Part shown: piece after piece, positions 17,829 to 26,588 of the stretch
Layout of the letters: each line of letters opens with the position of its first letter
Numbering within the stretch: the stretch's first letter is position 1
Source: an uncultured Spirochaetaceae bacterium
Lineage (GTDB): Bacteria; Spirochaetota; Spirochaetia; DSM-16054; Sediminispirochaetaceae
Length of the DNA: 64,000 nucleotides
Direction of reading: 5' to 3'
Assembly: GCA_964346455.1 (NCBI GenBank)
Contig: CAYFUX010000004.1
Location: 44,959-108,958 of the forward strand
Notes under the pieces: generated by a model
What the model was told of the DNA's origin: nothing
Seen by the model: only the letters and a program-made list of their open reading frames with translations
The model's database searches: none
Translations under genes and position numbers: made by a program

Positions 17829-19190
17829 ATGAAGAATGGATTAAAGCTGTTTTTTGCGCTCCTGCTGATCGTTAGCATCGGCGGTTTCGGTTTCGCCGAG
17901 GGACAGCAGGAAAAGCAGGAAAAGCAGGAAAAGCAGGAACAGCAACTGGAAGAAGGAAAGGATTACTCGGACAACAAGTGGACTGACGGTAAGGACCTTT
18001 CCGGACAGACTGTCAACATTTTCGGGGCCTTTGTGGACACCGATGCCGAGCGGTTCGAAAAGAGCATGAAGCCCTTCGAGCAGGCCACCGGTATCGAGGT
18101 TGAGTACGAAGGATCGGGCGACTTCGAGTCCCTGATTACCGTCCGAACCGAGGGCGGAGATCCCCCCGACATCGCCGCTTTCCCGCAGCCCGGGCTGATG
18201 AGAGATGTAATGGATCGGGTCGATCACATCGACCTGAACAACTGGTTTAGCCAGGACTATCTGCAGCAGCAGTACAACCAGAGCTGGCTCGACCTCGCCA
18301 GCTACAAGGGAGAGATGGTCGGCGTCTGGTACCGTGCCAGCGTCAAGAGCCTGGTATGGTACGCCAAGCCCGTCTTCGAGGAAGAGGGCTATGAGATCCC
18401 CAAGACCTGGGATGAAATGCTGGCCCTCAGCGATCAGATGGTCGAAGACGGCTACACACCCTGGTCCATCGGCATCGAGAGTTCCGGCGCCACCGGCTGG
18501 GTCGCCACCGACTGGCTCGAGGACATCATGCTGCGCACCGTTGAACCTGAAAAGTACGATCAGTGGGTCAACGGCGAACTGCCTTTCGACTCCGAAGAGG
18601 TCCGCCGGGCCTGCAACCTTATGGCTGAAATCTGGTTCAACGAGGACTACGTCCTAGGCGGACGCAACAGCATCCTGACCGTGCCCTTTGGCGATGCCGC
18701 CACTCCGCTGGTAAAGGATCCGCCTCAGGCTCTGATGCACCGTCAGGCGAGCTTCATCACCGCCTTCCTGCCGGACGAAACCGAGCTGGGTGAAGATATC
18801 GACTATTTCTATCTTCCCCCGATCGACGAGGAGCAGGGCAAGCCAGTGCTCGGCGCGGGCGACTGCTTTTCCGCCTTCACCGACCGCGATGCAACGAAGG
18901 CGGTCATACGATATCTGAGCCAGGGTCTTTCCACCAAGGCGTGGCTGCAGTCCGGCGGCTTTGTCTCTCCGCACAACGACACTCCGCTCGACTGGTATCC
19001 GAGCGATCTCGACCGCGGCTATGCGGAGATTCTGCACAACGCGGACACATTCCGCTTTGATGCCTCCGACTTGATGCCCGGTCAAGTAGGCGCTGGTCAG
19101 TTCTGGACTGGAATGACCGACTGGGTCAGTGGACAGAGCCTTGATAAGGTCCTGCCAAAGATCGACGAAGCCTGGCCGGAAGAGGAGTAG
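17829..19190 (+). CDS. CUT1-family sugar ABC transporter substrate-binding protein
   Basis: Signal peptide, (QEK)n linker and a family-1 solute-binding fold of about 450 aa. Two MalF/MalG-type permease genes follow. Confidence 0.9.
   Translation: MKNGLKLFFALLLIVSIGGFGFAEGQQEKQEKQEKQEQQLEEGKDYSDNKWTDGKDLSGQTVNIFGAFVDTDAERFEKSMKPFEQATGIEVEYEGSGDFESLITVRTEGGDPPDIAAFPQPGLMRDVMDRVDHIDLNNWFSQDYLQQQYNQSWLDLASYKGEMVGVWYRASVKSLVWYAKPVFEEEGYEIPKTWDEMLALSDQMVEDGYTPWSIGIESSGATGWVATDWLEDIMLRTVEPEKYDQWVNGELPFDSEEVRRACNLMAEIWFNEDYVLGGRNSILTVPFGDAATPLVKDPPQALMHRQASFITAFLPDETELGEDIDYFYLPPIDEEQGKPVLGAGDCFSAFTDRDATKAVIRYLSQGLSTKAWLQSGGFVSPHNDTPLDWYPSDLDRGYAEILHNADTFRFDASDLMPGQVGAGQFWTGMTDWVSGQSLDKVLPKIDEAWPEEE
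17907..17939 (+). repeat. in-frame 9-bp tandem repeat (CAGGAAAAG) x3 plus a partial unit
   Basis: Read directly. It encodes QEKQEKQEKQE just after the signal peptide. Confidence 0.85.
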
Positions 19191-19236
19191 TCGAGATACT
19201 CCGTCTTTACGGAAGGCAGCAAAGAAAGTATTCATC

Positions 19237-19270
19237 GGTGCGGGCGGGCCCCCCGCCTGCACCTTTCTTT
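19237..19270 (+). terminator. GC-rich hairpin plus T-tract between the SBP and permease genes (attenuator or partial terminator)
   Basis: GGTGCGGGCGGG-ccc-CCCGCCTGCACC followed by TTTCTTT. Confidence 0.55.
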
Positions 19271-19290
19271 AATCCTGGAGGGAGTACCGT

Positions 19291-20400
19291 ATGCAAAATG
19301 CAACGAATCCGAAAGATCGCCTGTTCAACATTTTTGCGGCCTACCCGATGCGAATAGCGATATCCCTTGTTGTGCCGGTGGTCACCTTTCTCGTGCTACG
19401 CTGGAGCTTTGTCTTTATGCGGGATGCGGAGGCATCCAAATTGATAATTGCCATTGTGGCGCTCCTAGTGGGTGTCGGTGGGGTCTGGATTCTGTTCTGG
19501 GCAATGAACAACCTGGTGCACTTTATGCCCATCAGGATCCGGGATATTCTACGCCCCTACGTATTTGCGGGGCCTGCGATTGCCGTGCTGACTTTCTATC
19601 TCATTTTCCCCGGTATCCGTACGATCATTTTGAGTTTTATGAACCGCACCTCCACGGCGTTCGTCGGGCTCAGAAATTACGAGTTTGTTTTCACCGACCC
19701 GCAGATGCTGATCGTGCTGCGCAATACCCTCTTCTGGGTGATCCTGGTGCCCTTTTTCGCAGTGGCCCTTGGACTCATCGTTGCAGTCATGACAGACCGT
19801 CTGAAACCGACAAATGAGAAGATCGTTAAATCCCTGATTTTTCTCCCGCTGGCAATTTCCTTTGTCGGCGCCAGTGTGATTTGGCGTTTTGTCTATTATT
19901 ATCAGCCTGCCGGAGCCGAACAGATCGGGCTTTTAAATGCATTGATTACAACGTTTGGTGCGGAACCGCAGGCGTGGCTTATACTGCGGCCCTGGAACAA
20001 TTTCTTTCTCATTTTCATAATGATTTGGCTGCAGACCGGGTTTGCTATGGTTATCCAGTCTGCGGCGGTGAAAGGGGTCCCCAGCAGCCTGCTTGAAGCG
20101 GCCAGAATCGACGGTGCGGGAGAGATCCGCATCTTCTTCAACGTCATTATTCCCTACATCAAAGGAACGATCCTAACGGTTACCACCACTATACTCTTCC
20201 TGGTCCTCAAGGTCTTTGACATCGTCTATGTTATGACAAGCGGTAACTACGATACCGGGATAGTGGCCTCGCGTATGTACCAGGAAGCATTTATCTATCG
20301 AAACTTCGGTCGAGGTTCGGCATTAGCGGTCTTCCTGTTTATTGTGGTTATACCGTTTATGCTGAGGAATATTGTCCAAATGCGCGAGGTAAGGAGATAA
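19291..20400 (+). CDS. sugar ABC transporter permease (MalF-like)
   Basis: Multi-TM protein with an EAA-type loop (LLEAARIDGAGEIRIFFNVIIP). Confidence 0.9.
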   Translation: MQNATNPKDRLFNIFAAYPMRIAISLVVPVVTFLVLRWSFVFMRDAEASKLIIAIVALLVGVGGVWILFWAMNNLVHFMPIRIRDILRPYVFAGPAIAVLTFYLIFPGIRTIILSFMNRTSTAFVGLRNYEFVFTDPQMLIVLRNTLFWVILVPFFAVALGLIVAVMTDRLKPTNEKIVKSLIFLPLAISFVGASVIWRFVYYYQPAGAEQIGLLNALITTFGAEPQAWLILRPWNNFFLIFIMIWLQTGFAMVIQSAAVKGVPSSLLEAARIDGAGEIRIFFNVIIPYIKGTILTVTTTILFLVLKVFDIVYVMTSGNYDTGIVASRMYQEAFIYRNFGRGSALAVFLFIVVIPFMLRNIVQMREVRR

Positions 20401-20403
20401 ACT

Positions 20404-21318
20404 ATGAGTGATACTACGGTAGAAAGCGTACAGCGGGGCAGAGTAAACGTAAAGACGAGGAGTAAACGCATAGAAGAACTCGTAAAATCGATACCGATGC
20501 GCCTCGTTTTACTTGTGCTCGTGTTGGTCTGGACGCTCCCGACCCTCGGACTCCTGGTGAGCTCCTTCCGAACTCCCGAAGCGATTACCGAATCGGGCTG
20601 GTGGACCGCCGTCGGCAGCCTGTTTGAAGCGGCCCAGTGGACCCTGCAGAATTACGAGAGCGTCTTTTTTGCCGACTTCATGGGGCTGGCCTTTCTCAAC
20701 AGCCTTCTGGTAACCGTACCCTCGACAGTGATTCCCATTACTATCGCCGCCTTTGCCGCCTTTGCGATTGCATGGATGGATTTTCCCGGCCGGGAAGGAT
20801 TCTTCATGCTCATCGTGGGACTTCTCGTCGTGCCACTGCAGATGGCCCTGATCCCGGTTCTGAAGGTCTACACCCAGACCGACCTCAACGGCACCTACCT
20901 GGGGATATGGTTGGCGCATACCGGCTTCGGTTTGCCCTTGGCTACCTATCTGTTGTTTGGGTATATATCAAGTATACCGAAAGAAATTATTGAATCGGCA
21001 CATGCTGACGGCGCCACACCCTGGATGATGTTTACCCGGCTGGTTCTGCCGCTCTCTAAGCCCTCTATCGCCTCCTTCGCGATTTTCCAGTTCCTGTGGG
21101 TCTGGAACGACCTGTTGGTGGCTCTAGTATTTCTGGGTACGAAAAAGGAGAATGCACTGGTTACCACCAGGCTGGCGGAGATGGTTGGCTCGCGCGGTCA
21201 GGACTGGCACATTCTCACCTCCGGTGCCTTCCTGACGATGATCATGCCGCTGATTATCTTTTTTACTCTACAACGCTACTTCGTACGCGGTATGATGGCA
21301 GGTTCGGTGAAGGGATAA
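20404..21318 (+). CDS. sugar ABC transporter permease (MalG-like)
   Basis: EAA loop IIESAHADGATPWMMFTRLVLPLSKP. Separated from the upstream permease gene by 3 nt. Confidence 0.9.
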   Translation: MSDTTVESVQRGRVNVKTRSKRIEELVKSIPMRLVLLVLVLVWTLPTLGLLVSSFRTPEAITESGWWTAVGSLFEAAQWTLQNYESVFFADFMGLAFLNSLLVTVPSTVIPITIAAFAAFAIAWMDFPGREGFFMLIVGLLVVPLQMALIPVLKVYTQTDLNGTYLGIWLAHTGFGLPLATYLLFGYISSIPKEIIESAHADGATPWMMFTRLVLPLSKPSIASFAIFQFLWVWNDLLVALVFLGTKKENALVTTRLAEMVGSRGQDWHILTSGAFLTMIMPLIIFFTLQRYFVRGMMAGSVKG

Positions 21319-21373
21319 TTTTCACTGGCTTAGGCCGTACGCATACGAGTACGTTCCTGTTATGGCCGTATTC

Positions 21374-21410
21374 GCGCCGCGTTCCCTGATAGAGCGCGGC
21401 GCTTTGTGTT
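21374..21410 (+). terminator. intrinsic terminator after the ABC operon
   Basis: GCGCCGCG-n13-CGCGGCGC followed by TTTGTGTT. Confidence 0.5.
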
Positions 21411-21454
21411 AATGCACCCGGCGCACCGACGTGAAGGTTTGTACCTGTAAAGAG

Positions 21455-22276
21455 TTACTGATCGGAGGCGGCGAGGGGGTGAAAATAGTTGCCGTGTTGG
21501 AGCAGTTCGTCTCTGAAGGGAGCATACAGCGCCGGTGCGGCGGCGAGGATGTGCACGTACTCGCCCGAACGAACGTATTGAGCACGCGCACCGGCTTCAC
21601 GGGCGATACAGATTCCGGCCAGAACGTCCCATATTTTCACCTTGAGTTCCCAGTACGCATCATAGCCTCCTTCAGCAACAAGACATATATCGTATGCCGC
21701 TGCACCCAGGCGCCGAAGTCCTTGTATTTGTGGGAGCAGGGCGTTGATGAACACGAGGTTATTGTCCAGGCTGGTGGCTTTGTCGTAAGGGAAACCGGTA
21801 GCGACGACACTTTCGGAGAGCTCGGCCGCCGAAGAGGGATGCAGCGGCTTCCCGTTGCGCAGAGCGCCGCCGCCCTTGACGGCGGAGTAGAGGATGTCGA
21901 GAGAGGGAAGGTACACAACCCCGAGGAGCGGTTCATCCTCCTCGGCAAGGGCGATAGAGACGGCATAGAGCGGGAGCCCGTGGACAAAGTTGGTCGTACC
22001 GTCCAAAGGATCCACGACCCAGGTATAGCGGCTTTGGGTGCTCGAGGGAGTGTGCCCCTGTTCTTCACCGAGAATGGCGTGGTCGGGATAACGGGAGGAG
22101 ATAGCTTCGGTGATAAGCCTCTCGCTGTCACGATCCGCTTGAGTGACCATATCCGCGGCGGAGCTCTTTTTGTCGATCTGCAGGGACCCGCCAAAGCGCT
22201 CGGCAAGGAGGGCGCCTGCATTCCGGGCTGTGGTTTCGGCAAAGGTACGCAATTCCTGAAGAGCGGCGGTTTCCAT
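21455..22276 (-). CDS. inositol monophosphatase family protein (SuhB-like)
   Basis: ILGEEQG and WVVDPLDGTTNFVHG motifs, plus the C-terminal WDVLAG. Confidence 0.9.
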   Translation of the reverse strand: METAALQELRTFAETTARNAGALLAERFGGSLQIDKKSSAADMVTQADRDSERLITEAISSRYPDHAILGEEQGHTPSSTQSRYTWVVDPLDGTTNFVHGLPLYAVSIALAEEDEPLLGVVYLPSLDILYSAVKGGGALRNGKPLHPSSAAELSESVVATGFPYDKATSLDNNLVFINALLPQIQGLRRLGAAAYDICLVAEGGYDAYWELKVKIWDVLAGICIAREAGARAQYVRSGEYVHILAAAPALYAPFRDELLQHGNYFHPLAASDQ

Positions 22277-22457
22277 GCCTGCAGTGTACGATGGGGACGC
22301 AATCCTTGCAAGGAGAGGTGAAGTTCATCAAAAAGGACTTGATAATATCGAAAGGCCCCGGCATCTCAAAAATCGGGGATTTTCAAAAGTACCTCCGGTA
22401 ATTTTAAAATTACGTTTTCGCTTATTCTCGTTTATACATGCTATATTTGATATAGAT

Positions 22458-23120
22458 ATGGAAACTCTGCAAGTAATCCTGGTTGACGATCATCCGCCGG
22501 TGAGAGATGGCCTCAAGGCTTCCCTCCTCAGCGATGAAAATGTTGAATTGGCGGCGGAGGCGGGAGATGGGGCCGAACTGCTGGACCTTCTCTCACGCAT
22601 GAACGTAGACGTGGTAGTGCTGGATATCTCACTGCCGGATTATACCGGTTTGGAGCTGGTACAGATCATCACCGATACGTACCCCACGATCTCCGTGCTG
22701 GTGATGAGTATGTACAATAAGATCGATTATATCCTGGATGCGCTCGCCCGCGGTGCAAAAGGCTACATGACAAAGGAGAGCTCTTCGATTCGCCTTGCGG
22801 AAGCGGTGAGAAGAATCGGTGTAGGGGAGTACTATTTTGACCAGGTAGCTTTAGAAGAGCTTATCCGCAGGGCTCAGGAACAGGGGCACGGCGTTGTGAC
22901 CATCGATAATGAAGAGTATCAGCAGCTTACCGCGCGGGAACGAGAGGTAATGAGGCTTTTGGCTCTGGGCAATTCAGTAAAGCGTGTGGCCTATAGCCTC
23001 TCCATTAGCCATCGTACCGTCGAGAATCACCGTACCAGTCTCTACAAAAAGCTGCATGTGGAAAATGATGCAGAGCTTGTCCATTATGCTGCCCGCATCG
23101 GGTTGATCGAGATAGGCTAA
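22458..23120 (+). CDS. NarL/FixJ (LuxR)-type response regulator
   Basis: Receiver domain (ILVDDHPPVRDGL...VVVLDISLPDYTG) and LuxR helix-turn-helix (LTAREREVMRLLALGNSVKRVAYSLSISHRTVENHR). Start at ATG 22458. No kinase gene is adjacent. Confidence 0.9.
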   Translation: METLQVILVDDHPPVRDGLKASLLSDENVELAAEAGDGAELLDLLSRMNVDVVVLDISLPDYTGLELVQIITDTYPTISVLVMSMYNKIDYILDALARGAKGYMTKESSSIRLAEAVRRIGVGEYYFDQVALEELIRRAQEQGHGVVTIDNEEYQQLTAREREVMRLLALGNSVKRVAYSLSISHRTVENHRTSLYKKLHVENDAELVHYAARIGLIEIG

Positions 23121-23331
23121 CCGGCACTCGCTCCCAGATACGGTCCTTCCTCGCAAGCCTGTGAAAAATTCACAGTACAACGTGATATTCCCTTATACCA
23201 TCCCCCGCTGTATCTATGTATACTGACACTGAAAACAGAAAAAGAGAATACAAAAAGCTATAGAAAAACAGATTACACAAAGAAGATGTAATGAAATATA
23301 TAATAAAAAGATATGTAAGAAAGTATCTGAA

Positions 23332-23371
23332 AAGCAGGCGGTGATGAGGATGCTTACTGCCTGCTTTTTTT
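23332..23371 (+). terminator. intrinsic terminator closing an A-rich non-coding stretch
   Basis: AAGCAGGC-n19-GCCTGCTT with a 7-T run (23365-23371). Confidence 0.65.
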
Positions 23372-23437
23372 CAGTCTTTTAACATCCCGCCTGTCGACCG
23401 TGGGCTTTATAAGCTCTTCAAGCCGTATACCGCCGTA

Positions 23438-24193
23438 TCAGGAGTTGAGGTGATTCTGCGTCCGTTTGAGAATCAATTCGAAAAAGTGATCTACTAAGAG
23501 AGCCGTACCGGCTGCCGCAACCGCTCCCTCCATCACAAAGGAAGTGTTGTCCCGGACGAGGCCGGAGACAATCGGCACCCCGAGCCCTCCCGCGCCGATG
23601 ACCGCACCTGTGGTAGCGGTGCCTATGTTCAGGATGAGACTGGTGCGTGCTCCGGCTATAATGACTGGTAGCGCTAAAGGCAATTCTATCTTAAGCAGAA
23701 CTTGCAGTGGCGTCATGCCCATTCCCACCGACGCTTCCTTCACCTTCTCCGGGACCTCCCGCAGACCGCTGACCGTGTTGCCCAGGACGGGAAGGATGCT
23801 GTAGAGAAAGAGCGCCAGGAATGCGGGAGGGAAGCCGAAGCCAATAATGGGCACGGCCAGACTCAGAACGGCAACGGGGGGAAAGGTTTGCGCAAGGGCG
23901 GTAAGATCCTGGATAGGCTGAAGGAACTCTCTGCCCCGAGGTCTGGTTACGGCAATCCCGAGGAGCAGCCCCACCAGAATGGCGAGACTTGCCGAAGCGG
24001 CCACCAGGCCGAGGTGTTCGACAAAGAGGGTCGGCAAGGAAGCTCGAGGGTAGAGGATTTCATCTGTGTTTGGGAAAAGAGTTGCGAGAAGCGACCCACG
24101 GAAGGAAGGAAGGAGGAGAAAGAGGAAGAACAGTCCGGCGGCGCCGAGTCGCAGCAGAAACTTCCACAGTGATCGTTTAGGTTCAGCCTTCAT
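23438..24193 (-). CDS. osmoprotectant ABC transporter permease (YehW/OpuCB-like)
   Basis: 251-aa binding-protein-dependent transport permease. Overlaps the upstream permease gene by 11 nt. Confidence 0.85.
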   Translation of the reverse strand: MKAEPKRSLWKFLLRLGAAGLFFLFLLLPSFRGSLLATLFPNTDEILYPRASLPTLFVEHLGLVAASASLAILVGLLLGIAVTRPRGREFLQPIQDLTALAQTFPPVAVLSLAVPIIGFGFPPAFLALFLYSILPVLGNTVSGLREVPEKVKEASVGMGMTPLQVLLKIELPLALPVIIAGARTSLILNIGTATTGAVIGAGGLGVPIVSGLVRDNTSFVMEGAVAAAGTALLVDHFFELILKRTQNHLNS

Positions 24194-25406
24194 CGGGAGT
24201 CTCCCATTCGTCAGTATTTTTTAAGCCTTCGGACGTGGCAAGGGAGGTGAGAAACAGCATACCGCGGTCAACGATAACAGAAAGGGCAATGATCGGCAGG
24301 ACTCCTGCAACAATCAGATCCGGCGCTGCTTGACCGAGCCCCTGGAAGACAAAGGTGCCCAGCCCTCCGGCTCCGATGAGAGCCGCGACGGTGGTGTTGC
24401 CGATACACTGGACAAGGCTTATCCGCAGACCGGTGAGAATAATAGGAAGCGCCAGCGGGGCTTCAATATACCGTAGCAGCTGACGGCGATTCATGCCCAT
24501 TCCACGTCCTGCTTCGCGAACTGCCGGAGAGACTACGGACAAACCGGTAAAGGTGTTGCGGGTGATAGGAAGCAGGGAATAGAGAGTGAGGGCGATCAAA
24601 GCAGGGGCATATCCGATACCGCTGATGCCGGCCTCCCGGAGGAACGGAAGCTGCCGGGAAAGCGCTGCGAGCGGGGCGAGCATCAGCCCGAAAAGTGCTA
24701 GGCTTGGAATAGTCTGAATCCCGTTAACCAAGGTAAAGATGGGCTCACGCAGACTTCGCTTCCGATGGGCTCCCAGTGCTGCGGGGATTCCGATGAGTGT
24801 GGCGATGCCCACTGCGGAGAAAGAGAGCGAAAGATGCCTCCCAACCTCGAAGAGGAACTTATGTCCCCGGGAACTTACTTCCATGATGACAGCGGTAGGG
24901 GAGAATCCTCCTGCGACTGCAAACACGGTCAAAAACAGCGCTGGTAAAAGGAGGGAGGCGCTCTGAATAGTGCGGTTCTGTGAGGAACGGTAGACGCGAT
25001 TGAATAGGATGTAGGATGCGAGCAGAAGAAGCCAAAAACCGCCGGAGGGACTGAGACGGCCGTACTCATGCCCGCCCTGTTGGAGGAGTTGCCCCCCGTA
25101 GAGCAGCGAGGCAAGGAGGACGGCAAACAATAGGAGGGCGGCTGTTAATGTACGAGTCGAAGTGAGGCGGCCGCTTAAGGCAAGCAGCAGTAGAACTGCC
25201 ACGGTGATTATCAGTACGCCCGTGAGCACAGGCGACAGCTGCCAGAGGGTGAAGGTCTCTCCTTCGGAGATCCGGTTGGGACGAATGCGCAGCATGGCGA
25301 GGTGCAGAGGAGTAGACGCCAACGAAGCCACGGTGAGAAACAAGAGCGCACCCTCTCTCTGAAGAGAAAGGGTGCGGCGTTGAGCCTGAATTGCCACTGT
25401 GCCCAT
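24183..25406 (-). CDS. osmoprotectant ABC transporter permease with an extra N-terminal TM domain (YehY-like)
   Basis: 407 aa. The C-terminal half is a typical permease domain (LPITRNTFTGLSVVSPAVREAGRGMGM). The N-terminal half adds further TM helices. Confidence 0.85.
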   Translation of the reverse strand: MGTVAIQAQRRTLSLQREGALLFLTVASLASTPLHLAMLRIRPNRISEGETFTLWQLSPVLTGVLIITVAVLLLLALSGRLTSTRTLTAALLLFAVLLASLLYGGQLLQQGGHEYGRLSPSGGFWLLLLASYILFNRVYRSSQNRTIQSASLLLPALFLTVFAVAGGFSPTAVIMEVSSRGHKFLFEVGRHLSLSFSAVGIATLIGIPAALGAHRKRSLREPIFTLVNGIQTIPSLALFGLMLAPLAALSRQLPFLREAGISGIGYAPALIALTLYSLLPITRNTFTGLSVVSPAVREAGRGMGMNRRQLLRYIEAPLALPIILTGLRISLVQCIGNTTVAALIGAGGLGTFVFQGLGQAAPDLIVAGVLPIIALSVIVDRGMLFLTSLATSEGLKNTDEWETPDEG

Positions 25407-25432
25407 ATTTGCCTACTGTAGTACTCTAAAAA

Positions 25433-26383
25433 TTACTCTAAAAAACCGTTTTCCCGAAGATACTCTAGAGCGACATTTTCCGCAGGTTCTCCGTTGACGG
25501 CAATTCGTGAGTTGAGCCGCTGCAAAGTTTCTATGTCAAGTGAAGCAAACACAGGATTGAGACTCTCTGCGATCTCAGGGTACTTTTTGATGACCTCTTC
25601 CCGTACCACCGGAGCGGGCTGGTAGACGTGCTGTACGTTCCTGGTGTCTTTGAGCACCTTCAGCCCCAGAGTGGCTAATTGGCCGTCGGTTCCGTAGGCC
25701 ATTGCTGCGTTGACTCCGTCCGTCTGCTGGCTGGCTGCTTTCTCCGTAGTGGCGGTGTTGCCACCGGAGAGTATGAGCAGTTGATCGTTTTTCAGCTTGA
25801 AGCCATAGGCCTTTTCAAAGCTGGGAAGCGCACCTTCTCGGCTGGCAAACTCTTCCGAACACGCCAGCTTGAACGTGCCTCCTCCATTGACGTAGTCTGC
25901 CAGGTCTTCCAGGCTCTGGAGATTTTCCTGTTCCGCCAGATCTCTTCGTACGGCAATGGCCCAGGTGTTGTTTGCCGGGGCGGGCTGGAGCCAGCGCAGC
26001 CCGATTTCTCCGTCGAGCGTGCGGGCCCGCTCAAGAGCTTTTTGCGGGTCTTTCCACACTTCGGAGCTGTCGTCGTGGAAGAAGGCCGCATTGCCGGTAT
26101 ATTCCGGATACATGTCGATCTCACCGGCCTTGAGCGCTTTGCGGATTACCTCGGTAGTGCCAAACTGAGTTTGATCTTCTATGGAAAAGCCCTCTTCTTC
26201 GAGTAGGGCTACCAGCATATTACCCAGCAGGGCTCCTTCAGTGTCGATCTTAGAGGCCACGGTGATGGGCCCTTTCTTCTCTTCTGAACTCTTTTCGCTA
26301 CTCTGACTCGCCTCGCCGCCGCAGCTGGCCAGCAGGAATGAAGCTGCGAGAACCAGGGTGATTCCTATTTGTACTCTTCTCAT
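25433..26383 (-). CDS. glycine betaine/choline-type ABC substrate-binding lipoprotein (OsmF/OpuBC-like)
   Basis: Lipobox LLASC followed by an OpuAC-family fold of about 300 aa (DMYPEYTGNAAFF). Confidence 0.85.
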   Translation of the reverse strand: MRRVQIGITLVLAASFLLASCGGEASQSSEKSSEEKKGPITVASKIDTEGALLGNMLVALLEEEGFSIEDQTQFGTTEVIRKALKAGEIDMYPEYTGNAAFFHDDSSEVWKDPQKALERARTLDGEIGLRWLQPAPANNTWAIAVRRDLAEQENLQSLEDLADYVNGGGTFKLACSEEFASREGALPSFEKAYGFKLKNDQLLILSGGNTATTEKAASQQTDGVNAAMAYGTDGQLATLGLKVLKDTRNVQHVYQPAPVVREEVIKKYPEIAESLNPVFASLDIETLQRLNSRIAVNGEPAENVALEYLRENGFLE

Positions 26384-26588
26384 TGGTTTTCTCCTTTTTT
26401 TAGCGCCGGCTGGAATTGTTAACGCCGCTGCGTCTTTTGTCTGATAGTAGAGAATTTATCGGATCGGGTCAAATTGTTCTCACCACTATTATTCTTTCCA
26501 ATATATTTCTCTCTCATATGAGTCTCTGCGGAGTTCTGCTATAGCCTTTGAAGCTATGAAGGTGAAAATCTGAGTGTGGTCACGCTCT

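Noticed and set aside
17907-17939. The 9-bp (QEK) tandem repeat as a phase-variation switch
   Set aside because: The unit length is a multiple of three, so copy-number change keeps the frame. At most it modulates linker length and is not an on/off contingency locus.
22458-23120. Orphan LuxR-type response regulator as a notable system
   Set aside because: Orphan NarL-type regulators are common. No partner or target can be inferred from this window.
23159-23175. CRP/FNR-type binding site (TGTGA...TCACA)
   Set aside because: The half-sites are separated by 5 nt rather than the canonical 6, and no gene start lies downstream within a sensible distance. It is kept only as part of the orphan-region observation.
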